Shown here: in pieces, positions 37,740-49,989 of the stretch
How positions within the stretch are numbered: position 1 is the first letter of the stretch
How the letters are laid out: the number at the start of each line of letters is the position of its first letter
Assembly: GCA_036172245.1 (NCBI GenBank)
Contig: JAYWIR010000014.1
Location: 1,240,001 to 1,304,000 of the forward strand
DNA length: 64,000 nucleotides
Direction of reading: 5' to 3'
Source of the DNA: Raillietiella orientalis
Lineage: Eukaryota
Notes under the pieces: generated by a model
Told to the model about the DNA's origin: nothing
Databases searched by the model: none
The model's input: the letters and a program-made list of their open reading frames with translations, nothing else
Program-made: the position numbers and the translations under genes

Positions 37740-40700
37740 GAGGAAGGACTGTCACTGAGCTCGCACGTGCATTCGCCCGTCCTCTCTCCATCTTGGACTG
37801 CTTCAGGCAGGGAGGCTGAGCATGCTTATAACCTCCTCCTCCTCCCATCACCTCCACGACCCTCGATGCCCCATAGGTCCTCCTCACAACCTGAACTCCG
37901 GGGTGATACTCCGGGGACTCACCCTCTGGAAGCGTGGTCTGCGTCCTCTTCAAAGCCCCCACCCGGCTCAGGGAGTCAGTGGAAGCTTGTACCCTCTCTA
38001 AAATGGGTGAATCCAGGACCTATCCCTCATCCCTTGCTTCCAGCAGGGAAGGAGGTTTCCTCTGGAGACATCGGAAAGGCAGATGACTGCAGGTTGCTGT
38101 GACAAACCAGAGCTCTGCTATCCTCTGGAGCTGCTGCTTCTCTGTCTTCTTCCTGCACTCTTCCTCCTCCCCTCTCCCTCTCTTCCTCTTTCTCCTCACT
38201 TCTCCTCCTCCCCTCCTTTTTTTTCGGTTTGGTGCGCTCGACCGCTGGACGAGAGTGCGTGTCCAAAGGGAGTGGGCGGAGGAGACCGATCGATCTCTGT
38301 CCAAGGATAGAGAGGGGGTCATGCCCTGAGGAACGCCAGGGGGACGAGAAGGGGAGAAGCCCTTTCGCGAGTCACCCTTGCGTCCCTCCAGAGGCAACCC
38401 TCGGAGGCCTGCCTCTGGCCCTTTCGGGACCGAGGCTGTCACTGCCGGAAGGCCCTGGGTGGGACTCAGAGACTTGGGGGTGGGACTCTGGAAGAGTCAA
38501 AGAGGAGAAGAGAAGTAACGTTGCCTCGGGGTTCACCTCCGTGCCCGGGGGATGCTACTCCGCGGTTCCCTCAAGGGAGTTTTCGAACAGGGGAGAGCCA
38601 GCCTCGCTTTTCTGGGAGAAGACGAGAAAGGAAGGCGGGGAGTGAGAGCATCCCTCGCTCACACGCCAAGGGCAAAAGCGCGAAGCTTCCTTGGATATAG
38701 AAATGGACGTCAGATGAGTTCCGATAGGAAAATGGGAAGGATGCGCGAAAATTTCTGCACGCCATCTCTGTCGCAATCGTTCCGAGAGTTCCTGAGTGAT
38801 CGGCAGGAATGACCTTCATTTGACTACGGCGCGAACTGTGGACCACTCCTAGAGAGAACCGAAGGCTCCGTTCCCAGTCCCCTGCAGCTGTTGACGACGT
38901 GCGCTGTTCTTCACTTAGGCAGCACTGCTGCCAACCTCTGAGTAGCTTCAGTAGTCCTTCCTGACGTACGAGGCATCATCGTGGTGGACAGAGGAACACG
39001 GAAAAAAGCTGTCGATATGGTGGAGGACTGATGTGGCCTCCGTCTGCACGCGCTGTCACCGGTTTTCCAGGCGATCCCGAACGCGGGAGAACCGAGGGAC
39101 CGTGGAACGCTCGCCTGAAGTAACGACATACGGTGATGCTCATATTTCTCACCAGCACTTCACCGTCCTCTTTTCTGACGTAAAAATTCAGGGAAATGCC
39201 CAAGTTCCTTTCTTCCCGCTGCAGTAACAACTAAGCAAAGGGTGAACCCTTTGTTTGCTTCCTTGCATCCTCGCTACGAATCCTCCATTTCAGGGTACAC
39301 CCAGCATGTAATTGCTTTCTTCTGATATGCTTTCGCTCGGTGTCAATACTGCTCTTCCTGGAGCGTTGAGATCATTTAGTCCAAGAGACCAACCGATCCG
39401 CACAAGTCACGAAGTCTGGGAGTCGAGCCAGGAGCCACCTTTCTTCCCGTTATAGGCACTTTCGAAAGCGGGTCTTGATGCAGGACGAGAGGGAGGAAGA
39501 CTCCATCCTTACTATTCTAGGGACTCCGGGATGTGTGCCTAACGATGATATCAGGAACAACACCAGTAGAGTGGAATCTGCGGATAGGCTACAAAGCAAC
39601 AGAGAGGATGCAGACTACATGAAACGACAGTATTGAGCGATGAGTCAAACGACATCCCGAGCCTTAAGGAAGAGAAGGAGCTGCCACAAAAGTCATAACT
39701 TTGTGCCAAGAACCCAGACTGAGTTCCAGCACTGTCGATATCTGGAAGAGTACTTAGATGAAGAGAAGGAAAGAAACAGGGCAGGATCTTCAAAGTTCTT
39801 TTAATCTTCACGTCATGACGATTTTATTCCTCTGTACCGTATGGGTTACAAAATTGCTTCCAAAGAGAACGCTCGCATCGCTTGGTACCAATTCTTCTTA
39901 GGTGCCGATGTTCTGAGCGATTCATCCACCAGACCGTCACCCCAATCTGTGGGTGCAGCGTACGTCGCGGACACATTGGATGTTAGAGGAAAATGTAGAC
40001 CACCTCCTCTGTTGTAAAGACGGATTTTCTCAAGAACCGACATCCCGCATGGACTCTTGCACGGCGATGGAGCGGTCCCGGCACACGACACGATGGTACG
40101 AGAGACATTAGCCTTCTCCATCACGGACATCGCGAGCACGCGACAGCACCACCAAGCGAACAACGTGCCGCCAAGGGATTTCGGATTCGCAATCGAGAAA
40201 GAGAGCCGCTGTCCGGATGAGCGCAGCGCGGCACCCAACAGAAGCGATCCAGAAGCACAGAGAGTTCGTACGGAGAAGAGTACGAAGTTCAGTGCGGACT
40301 CCAGAGTGCACAGTCGAAAAGGTTGAAGCTCCTGTCCTGGAATTTTGTTGGTAGCGTTGTAGTTTACACAAACAGAGCCATCCCACTGCTTGTCGAATCT
40401 GGGGAAGATCGGGGTGTAGCCGCACGATCCCCAGCTCTGTCGTCGTTTGTTCGTTTTGGGAATCGCACGCGACCCTACAGAACCAACCGTGCGGGTTCCG
40501 ACGGCTACCTCGACATCCCAATTCTTCGCAGGTGTTCCCTATTCTTATTCTATCTTTGTTCCATCTTTGTTTCTGAACGGATCGTGAATGCTGTTGAAAG
40601 GACAGGCAACGTCCGGGATGGTGGCCATTCTTCTTCCTGCGCGCAGTGGCAAATCCGGACGGTGACGAGCGTCCACTCCGGGGTTGAGCTTAGTGCAGTT

Positions 40701-42700
40701 GACACTTCCCAGCTTTCCGTGATCCAACGCGGTGGGAACGTGTACGAGACTCATCGGCGAGAGAACCGTCCGTACTAATGACTGCATAGCCGAGCTGCTA
40801 GAAGAGCGTTCTACCACATCACCAAGCACAAGATCTGCTCCATGCCGAAACTGAAGCAAGGAAACTTCTGCTGATGGCAAAAGCTTCTGATTCAGAGTGG
40901 AAGTCTGCCCCCTTAAAGACAAAGTCTCTTCTTGACTGGATGAATTTGCAGCCCACAGGTGTTTCGTATTGGCCGTGAAACCTGCTTTCTCCATTCCCTG
41001 AAGAAACACAGCGAAACGGTAAAGCAACGCGTCGTGTCGCCGGATGTTGAGAGGTTGCCATCAACGGCTATTCCGCAAATCCGCATTCCGATCTTTTGCT
41101 TGATAACTCTACAGCTACAATCTTGTTTTCTGTGTGCAACCCAGAAAATGAGACGGTAGTTGTGAGATGCTAAGCTGACCAGGAGGACATTTAGACGGAC
41201 AGAAGGATGACTTTGTAATCTGAAAATAGGATGCACCCTCCCGAAGCAAGAAAGCGACTGGAGTTTGTAGGTAGTTCAGTGCATGGCATGGCTCATCTCC
41301 CATCCTTGTGGCTTTTCTACCATGGAACGCCTCATCTTCTGAAACTGAACTTCCTCCTCATGGCTGCATCGAATTTGCTGCCCCCAGTGACGATCATGGC
41401 TCTCCAACCTTCAACAACCTCATGCATCCACTCTTGATGACGCCTCTGTAACTCGATCTGAGGTGTCTTCCTGTAGTGAATACGGATCAGAGTTCTCTGA
41501 AAGTGGTGAGCCCTACATGAGGGAGTGTTCGGAAGGCGTATGGGTATTCCATGGTTTCGGAAATCTGGGAATCAAGCATCGAGAGCTCCAAGACTGCGAC
41601 ATTCACGCTAGACCCCCGTCTTTCTTTCCCCCCTTAACCACCGTAATTCGATGTCATTCAAGTGTGAAGTGATACTCGATGGATGTCCAAAGCGCAGCCA
41701 CCATCAAATTTGCAAGTTTCGGTGTGTGGAAACGATATTTTTCATCCCAGAGTGCTCAAGAGACCAGCTAGGAAGCTAACCGGCAGCTCCATTTGTGCGG
41801 AAGGAACAGCCAAAGCGATTTTTTCACCATTTCCTCCCTCTGGTGTCTTCAATAAGTGACACCATTGTTGGAGAGATGCCTTTTTATTTGACAAATAAAG
41901 GAAACCAAGCCTTCTTCCCTGATCTTCCTTACCTTCCACTTCCTTTTCAAAATGCCGCCGGGTCCCAACGGCACGCCTTTGTTATTCCAGGGACTGGAAG
42001 CTGGAGAAGACAAGCAGCATTTCTTCCCACGAACGCCCCGAGAGCACAGTGAAAAAAAGAACCTCCTACGTCATTCAAATGTGCTTGGCGAGGGAACTTT
42101 CGACAGCATCCTTTTTTCTAAGCTCTTCCAGAGTGGATGGACATCTGCGTAAAGCACTTCGTGCTGAGGGTGAAGAAATCCTGCAAGAGATCGCGCACTG
42201 GATTCTGCGCAAAAAAAAGTGCCAGATACAAGAGCTTCCGCAGCTTCTTTCAACAAATTCTTGGCGGATCGGTGAAAGGTGGTGCTGGGTGGTGCTAGGT
42301 GCCAAGAACCCAAGGTGGAGTACTCGAAAGCTTCTTCGAAGCAGGAAAGGACGCCGCTTTTGAGTTGCTTCGAGAGTTGGCACTGCAGGGACACGGGAAT
42401 ACAGAGGAAATTCTGCAAACGCACTCAGAGGGAAGCAGGAGACAAACAAACTTTGGAAATCATCAAAAACGGCCGGAGGCTTCCCGGGAACGAGGCTGTT
42501 GGAATGGGATAGCTTGTTGCCAAGCGCGCTTGGCAACGATTCCAGAATTCGCTCCCACACATGAATTTGAATACGAATTAGCAAATGAACGACGCTTGTC
42601 GAAGCAAAGACGAATTAAAAGTTCCACGATAAGAATCACCTTGCGCTCTCATCAAGTAAGTGAGGTTGCGCAAGGATGGTTTCGTAACCTCAAGCGTGTG
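37740..42700 (-). mobile_element. Degenerate chromovirus-like element C (gag?-RT-RNaseH-integrase-chromodomain?)
   Basis: RT: KSHKDGR..C (~41310), HPIFRL, VALPFRCVSS (~41030, cf. VMPFGLxNS), QLGYAVISTDG (~40790). RNaseH: CASGSLLLGAALRSSGQRLSF (~40260), NWYQAMRAF. Integrase: WVYPEMEDS*RGCKE (~39300), ISLNF..TVCRYF, SRSGPQFA (38853-38830), GPGF..LP..DHAS (~38020-37925). GRRRR..ECTCE (~37845-37760) is chromodomain-like. The gag assignment (42700-42080) is weak. Confidence 0.75.
39874..41016 (-). repeat. 1,143-bp near-identical inverted repeat, copy 1 (within element C)
   Basis: Reverse complement of 59892-61034. The ORF-track translations match except YTN/YIN. I saw one substitution (40369 vs 60539). 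Confidence 0.97.
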
Positions 42701-43079
42701 TGGCGAGTGTTGGTGGAGGAGGTGGAGATGCGCGCTTTTGGAACGAGCGCCATTTACTAGGCAGCTGCTGCATCTCAAGCGAGCCTCCACCACTTGGTCT
42801 TGCTGGAAAGTGTGCATCCGATGGGGGGGGGGGCAGTTGTTGTCGCCGACGGGCGAGTTCTTTGTCCGCACAGTCGCTACCGTTGCTGGTAGTTCGCGTG
42901 CATCGCGTGGCTGTGGTTGCTAATGGTTCCTGGGCAGCGACAGTGAGAGAACACCACCGGTGTTTGCAGGCGGAATGGTTTCGACGCGCCTGCGCGGAAA
43001 TACCCGGTCACATTTGACGTGTCGCTGGCAGCGTTCCATTTGCTCGAGTAACAACATTTAATTTATTGGAAAGAATTCC

Positions 43080-44010
43080 TGAGACGTTGCGAAAATGAGA
43101 TGCGACGAGTACTTTGAATGGGAGTAGGCAGAGATGTCGCAAACAATTGATGGGAACTTGAAACTCGAATCAAACGATGTGCGCAGTCTGTGATACCATC
43201 GATGGTTGGTTTTAATTCTTTTAATTTTCATCAGGTATGCGCTATCAGGCATGTATTGACTACGCATATCATCGAGAATGCGTACTGCCTGCAATGATGA
43301 TTAGGGCGGACGCTTTCCATCTCACTTTATGTTCTTTAAGGGAGAAATTGTTGGGAAACTGTCCCTGGGAAGTTCTTGGATGCATCGATATTTGAATCAT
43401 GGATTCTGTCGATTACGAATTGACGTAGATAATTATAGCGCAGTTACCATTTTTTTTTCCTTTGGAAAATCAGCATTATTTTGCTAGAAATTTTTTCGTA
43501 GGCAGTACCGATTCTTCTGTATGTCGTGCATTTTTCAACAAATTCGAAAGAACATATTCTTTTAGCATCAGTGGATCCAGAAAGTTTCCAACAACTGCTA
43601 ATGAGCAAACGGTTTTGTTAAGAAACAAGTTGGATCATGCAAGGAATCTGGGGAAAAAAAAAGATGTGAGTAGGGATGCACTACAGCTAGTCACACTGGC
43701 AATGTGACTAGCTGTTTGGTGATCAACTGTAAAGAAAAGCCAAAAAAGCTCCACAGAACTTAAAGATGCCCATCACAAGGAGAGCTCAGTGTAGAAGGTA
43801 GCGTGTTCTGTAAGCTAAACTTCGAACGGACAGTGGTAGTAATTAGGGTTACTGCCATTTTCTGCACAGTAAAGTTAAGGTGAGGTCTGTAAAGGAGAAT
43901 AGGCGCAGAAGGAAGTGGAGTGTTTTTTTTTTGGATTCACCAAAACATAATCATCATCGTTGCCATTGATCACTGAGCAGAAATGCCTGGAAGGGGTCTT
44001 ACTGAATGGA
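43080..44010 (-). mobile_element. RNaseH / integrase-start fragment L
   Basis: DPFQAFLLSD (~43998) and ELSL*WA..LFWLFFTVDHQ (~43790-43716, cf. ELLAxxWA..FxxxTDH). The HHCC-like remainder is weak. Confidence 0.5.
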
Positions 44011-44159
44011 GTTGGTAACTGAATTACTGGAAGAATTGCTCCTGAAGACAGCCATTGCTGAATGAATCACACACCTGGCAGACGAATCTTGCAGATCATA
44101 ACTAAGGGATTCTTATTATGATCATTTGGCTTTCGTATGAATAAAGCAATCAGAAGGTA

Positions 44160-47100
44160 ATAATGATTCCGTTGTGTACTAATTACTGATACGAGCTCTA
44201 CATTTCAACAACAAGTATGACCTTGAAAAATGAGGTTGGATTTCAGCGAGTCTTAAGTGTTTTATAATCGCATCTCAGTTGCGATTATAAAAATGGAAGC
44301 GAATGGAAAGAGAATTTATTCCTTGAGATTACGGGAGTTTGGAAAAAGATCGCTTTTGTGGGTTTCGTTAGCCCTATCGCGGGGGAGGCACGACTCGTTG
44401 TCGACTGCTTTGAATTGGAGACACCTTGAGTCTACATTGCACAATATCGAATCTCTCTAATACGGATGCGCTATCTTGCAAGTTTCGGATCTTTTTTGAG
44501 TCAAAGAAATATTCAAGAGAACGTTATCTTTGCTCCGGAAGAACTTCACGATGTAGGACAAGGCAATCTGAGTCATTAACGCACTAAACTCCCAGGTAAA
44601 AAAAGGAAAAGAAAAAAGAGACGCATCAGAAAGAAAAAAATGCGATTGTATGAGCGATGCGACTTATCTTAACGAGCAGGGAGGATACATGTAGATGCAC
44701 ATTCTGACTGTAAGAAATTCTCAAACCGAGAAGCTTTGCTCATTTCTTAAATGACGTTTTGCGTATCCGCCTACCTGATTTCGTCTGGTCTTGAGAACTT
44801 GAGGTTCAGTTTGATGAAATTAACAAAAGACTGCAATGAAGGCATACTTTTCATGTGACCCCATCAATTCTGGAAATCACACGCCTCACATATAGAGATC
44901 TGCCAGAGGAGGAAGAAAAAAAAAAAAAAAATGGCATCGAATGCAATGAACGTATTAGTTACTAATGAAACGTAATTCATGCAATTCGATATCATGGTGG
45001 TTACTTTCTTGCAGATGATCAGTTCAATCTATTTCTTTTTTGTGTATACCTGCTTGTTGCTGTACACGGAAAAGCTATGTTTGTTGATAATGATCTCAGC
45101 AAGCATTCAGTGAATGCCAATATTCACAGGTGGAATGACAAATGCATACAAAAATAGATTTTACTTGGTATGGTTGCTTCACTGATCACTGCTGTTTTCT
45201 TCCTGCCTCTTCCAGGAAAGCTGCACAGGTTTTTGCCAATGAAACCTTAGCAGCTGGAATATGCTTCGAAATCCAGAGGCAAATGCAGTTGCAGATGGGC
45301 TTGCAGTGTCCCGTTCGAGCGATCCAAATAAATGCTCCACACTCCCAATGATAATCTTCTTGCTTGGCTTTGAGAAGATGACAGGCTCACGAAAGGGGAA
45401 TAGGTACTTGTCACTAAGCGGATACCAATGCGGGTACTTAATTCCTTAAGATGCTGAAGTGTTTTCTGTTTAACCGAGGAAAGGTCAGCATCTGCTTGTG
45501 AGGCACGAGCAAGGCGTTCAAAACAGTAGGGTGGTATAGGCGGACACTTCACAAGCTCAAAAGAATCTTTCTGAAATAAAACACGAGCCTTTTAAGAAAT
45601 TCAAACACGTCAGCACACAAACTGGGTGTTCATTCTCGTTGCCGTTTGCCCTGGTCTGGGTGTGAAGGGTCCAGAACTAGAAGCCGACAGGAATTTTCTG
45701 AATACAAACAGTCTAAGTTCATCGTTATCCAATGTTATCATACGCAAGTCAGTCTGCGTGAGAATGAAACTCGACCTGCAATGACCATTTAACGTTGGTT
45801 TTCTCCAAGCCATTTGCGAGTGATAGAGAACGTCGAGTCGCACCTTTAACCAAAATTCCATTTGAGATTTCCCGATGTCTTCGACAGGATTGCAGTCCTC
45901 TGCAAGCAGGAGCTTTTCGTAGTAGTTTGTCTGCAAAACAATTTCCGACCCATGAATACGCTGGATGAAAATGTTGTTAGTATCCTTGTAAGCCAAGAAG
46001 AAGTTTTCTCACGAGGAATGATAAACATGAAACACATCATAGCAAGAACAATGAAGCTTTTAATGCTAGTGGAGTGCACTAACAAATAAACGACCACAGC
46101 TACTTTAATTAAGACACGTAAGGTAGCAAACTGAAGTGGAAAATGGGATGGAATTTTAATGAATGCCCACTTTTTTTTTTTCTCGAACGTGTACCAGATA
46201 CTGTTGGTACTAGTGATGAGTGCTTCAATTCTTTATCTGTTGATCTGTTAATGCTATCAAGGCGGTGTAGTTCTTTTCATCTCATTTCCTTCGATGGTAT
46301 CATGCATTCTTTGATTCATCATTTTAATTTTATGGGGATCCTATTTAGTTATCTTATCTGAAAGAGATTATTTTTCAGTAACTTCCTTCATGCTTTTTAG
46401 GTAACGTATATCTTTTCCAACAGGCTGCCTTGCCCAACTTGGGCTAGCCATACTGAAACCCTACAGCAATCACTAACAGTGCTGTTAGTCGTTTTCTCAG
46501 TAACGAGCTTGAAATTCTTTAGACAGATATCGTCAGTGAGCAAATTTGCATGTTCCTTTGCATATTTTAAAAGATATGAAAAAAAAAAAGCACGCTTTGC
46601 AAGCAATAGGAGAGAAAGGAAAAAAAAAGCATAAAACTGCGTTATTTTCGAGACCATCTAAGGCTCTGTTTCATCATGGTCCTCTTCTTGGATTGTCCGT
46701 TTCTCTAGATCATTCAAATCCATTATCTTTTTTCGGTAGGATATAATTCTTCTTCACTCTTTGACCATGGAAGATGTGGAAATCTACGTGGAACACCGTT
46801 ACTACGTTAAATGAATGATTTTGGGATGAAATCCATTTTCGCACTGGAGAGGAGATGGTGGATTCTGAGGAACGTCCACAAACAACTACGTCTTTAATTT
46901 TTTACGTTGCTTCTCAAGTGTTGAATCTTCATCTCGAAAAACTTTGACGAGGATGTTCAAGCGTCTCTGGCAGATGCACCTTCCTTGAGATACCTATCGT
47001 GTCTGCCATTATTTGGCAATCTTCAGAAAGCTCATGTTTACAAAATTAGCTACTAAAGATCCCGTTTCTATAACTGATGCGATAACAAAACGCACTCTTC

Positions 47101-47700
47101 ATTCTTTCACAAAAAGTTCTTTCTTGATTCAAAAGTGGAATTGACTTGGGTGACTTGTAAAATTTGTTACCTCCTCCATCTCAGTTTGCGCAGAGGATGG
47201 ATTTGTATGAGCTGGCATTCGACCAGATATAGAGCACGTCATGCATTAAGAAACTAGCGTTCGAGATGCAAGTGCATTAACGAACAACGAAGAATAATTA
47301 GTGCCTGTTCAAAAATGTTGATTTATATGATCCTTCATTTCAAAGCCATTTCATTTGTAAGTTCATTTTAATTCGCTAACGCCATTTTGAAGGATGTAAT
47401 GACACTGGAATGCCCGTGCGTAATATCCAGGAACCATCCTCAGGAGCAATGGAATGGATATTTCGGTCAACTACACAAGTTTTCAAGAAAAATGGTGCCA
47501 TTCTTGTGTTGTTGATCATCAAAATATCCAAGCCGGACATTCGAATTTTTGATACTTCCTAATGGTTTTACTTTTGCAAACGCAGCTTGCCCTCTAGAAC
47601 TGCAGTCATGTTAGTCAAACCACTGCTTTGTTTTCTGTTCAAGACAAACAACCTAGTTGTGGAATAAAGATTCCCAAAAGTCATGCTGGTGTTTGAGAAG
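44160..47700 (-). mobile_element. AT-rich degenerate chromovirus-like element K (RT-RNaseH-integrase-chromodomain)
   Basis: RT: FLMHDVLYIWS (~47250), FCYRISYRNGI (~47090). RNaseH: NFKLVTEK (46516), RVSVW..IYVT*K. Integrase: FWLKVRLDV, LKELSTRIGIRLVTSTYSP (45450-45394), HLPLDFEAYS, *ADTQKR..FSV (~44770). DAIIKHLR..SYLLLKC (44274-44200) is chromodomain-like. Confidence 0.72.
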
Positions 47701-47869
47701 TTATCTGTACCAAAACCGAGAACGTATGTTGCGCCTAAGAGAAAGCATTATGGGCTGTCCTTCTGATTGAATTGAAAGGTTTCCTTGACAACGGAGTCTT
47801 GTAAATTGAAATGCTCATGATTTGGGAGCGGAGAGAAAACGATAAGCATTTTAGAGTAACCATAAGCTA

Positions 47870-47909
47870 TGCTCTATTCTTGCTTGAAAGTCTACTAAAG
47901 AATAGAGCA
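47870..47909. repeat. Perfect 12-bp inverted repeat with 16-nt spacer
   Basis: tgctctattctt ... aagaatagagca. Confidence 0.9.
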
Positions 47910-49989
47910 CAACTTCCGCCTAGCTTCCTTGCTTACTAGCAATTATTTTTTGACGTACTCCATGTCGAAGAATATAGGATTCAGGGATATAGGATTAATT
48001 TTCAGGAATGTGTTCAAGTACCTACAGCCGAAGAACTCGTTTAGACGGCTGCAGCTACATTCGTAACTTTCAAGTGATTTTTTGCATCTTTTATACCTGG
48101 TGATATAGCACTGGATTTGAGAGGGAATTTTTCAATTGACAGTTGTGTTACGACAAAATTCAGTTCATCTCAAGCTCATCTAACTTCTTAGACGAGAGAA
48201 AGAGAGGAAATGTCTCCAACGGAGGAAACCTTGATTCTCCCCGTAGCACATCATTGATTCAGTTCTGCATCGCCATGTCACATAAAAGAAATCCTTTGAC
48301 ATTCGAACAGCCGAATGAGTTTCTTGATGCAAATTCATTCATGCATCAGAGATACTTGGTCTGCTGAACCTGAGAGGAAATTGCAATGAACATCGTTTTC
48401 TTCGCTATTTTCCTAGCGACAAGAGCATCGGAGTCCACGAAATGAGACGAATATGTTCTCCTGAGTGCACGTAATTATAATGCAAAAACAAAAACATGTT
48501 CCGTGTTTAAAATTCCCCTGATGTGGTCACAGCGCTGTAAAGCATCGCGTCCTGTTCAGTGTAGTTCACGGGATAAATTATGGCTAGAAGCAGAAAAGCA
48601 ATTTCTCTGCCATTGTCACTGAACTGAGTCTTAGAACAGTTTCTCGTTGTGGAACTGGAACTTTCTTAGGGCTTAGACAACACATTTTTCGCGAGCTGCC
48701 TACTTTTCCTTCTAGCAGGGAACGAAAGAGGTGATTAACTTTTGCGCTTCAACCACTGCTGGGATGAAATTTAGCATCACAAATCAGGAAATCAGCGTCC
48801 CCATCAATCACGACCTACAAAAGATGAAAAGGTGCATTTTTGCAAAGGTTGCAGACGAGGCCGAACGCCGACTATGTGCTCTGAAGAAATTTCGGTATCA
48901 GGCATTCAGAAAATGTGGGAAAGTGCAGCGCAAAAATGTCCAATGTAAATAAAGCGTTTATATCTGAAAGAGAATTCCTGGTTCGAAAAAAGTGTGCTTA
49001 CACGAAGATCGCAAGATCCTTCAGGGATGAGAAATCGTAAATTCTTTGCGAGTTTTTTCATCATTCATTAGAACGAAATGAGCACGTCGGATGCATTTTT
49101 CACGCCACTTAGAATGCCCGACACTGTGAGGCATAAATTGGCGCCCATTCTTTTGTATCATTTTGAATTCTCTCGAAAGGAACGTGCTGTGAATAATTGA
49201 TCGAGACATTTCAATATTTGCAGTGAAAGATGCAACAAGATTGGAATGTGCTCACGATGAAGACAAGTTGCGGAGGGCCCCAAATTCCCAAATGCTTTCC
49301 GAAAGCCATTCAAGGAACTAACTTCTTCAAGAAAGTGAAAGGCTAGAAGGCGAAAAGACTCCAGAAATCCTTGGAAAAGTCTTTAAAGTCATGACCGCAG
49401 TTTCAACTTTAGAACGAGCAAAGTATGCATATATCCACGAAGTCCCAGAAGAGTCTTAGGACAGTCACACCAGGTGCACACCCAGGAGCTGCTAAAAAAT
49501 AAAGCATTCAGGAAAACCAACCCCATCACCTGCATGCTGTGTAGTAGGAAAGCACGGGAATCCTCAACTGTTAAAAACTACGTGTGGTGTGCGTTGTGTT
49601 GTTGTCGAAATGAAAGCTGCAAACACAGAACGCACATTTGCTGCGGAGGAGTTTGTTGCTTCCATATTCGTACATCAGAGTGCGGAAAGACGTGAGGAGG
49701 GAGCAGAGGGAAGTAGCTTTCCCGATTCAAGTAAGAACGCTGGTACGACTGCTTTCGTGCATCGAGCCGGATGCTGGATATTTCCACCTGGAAGGAGGGA
49801 GTCATGTGCTCACAGACTCAACGGAAGCGGATCGGGGAATCGTATAGACCTGGGAAAGCAACTTTTGACGCGCTGCTATGGAAACAGCCCAATCGCTCTA
49901 TGAGAGAATTCTCTATGCAACTTCGATCGCGTTTCGAAAACGGAAAAACGCGCAGGCTCCGAGAATAAGGTGGCCAACCAAAGAGCTCG

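Noticed and set aside
49843..49875. YRPGKATFDAL as an RNaseH end on the plus strand
   Set aside because: Isolated and immediately upstream of M's protease-like motif. It could be another fragment but is not supported enough to call.
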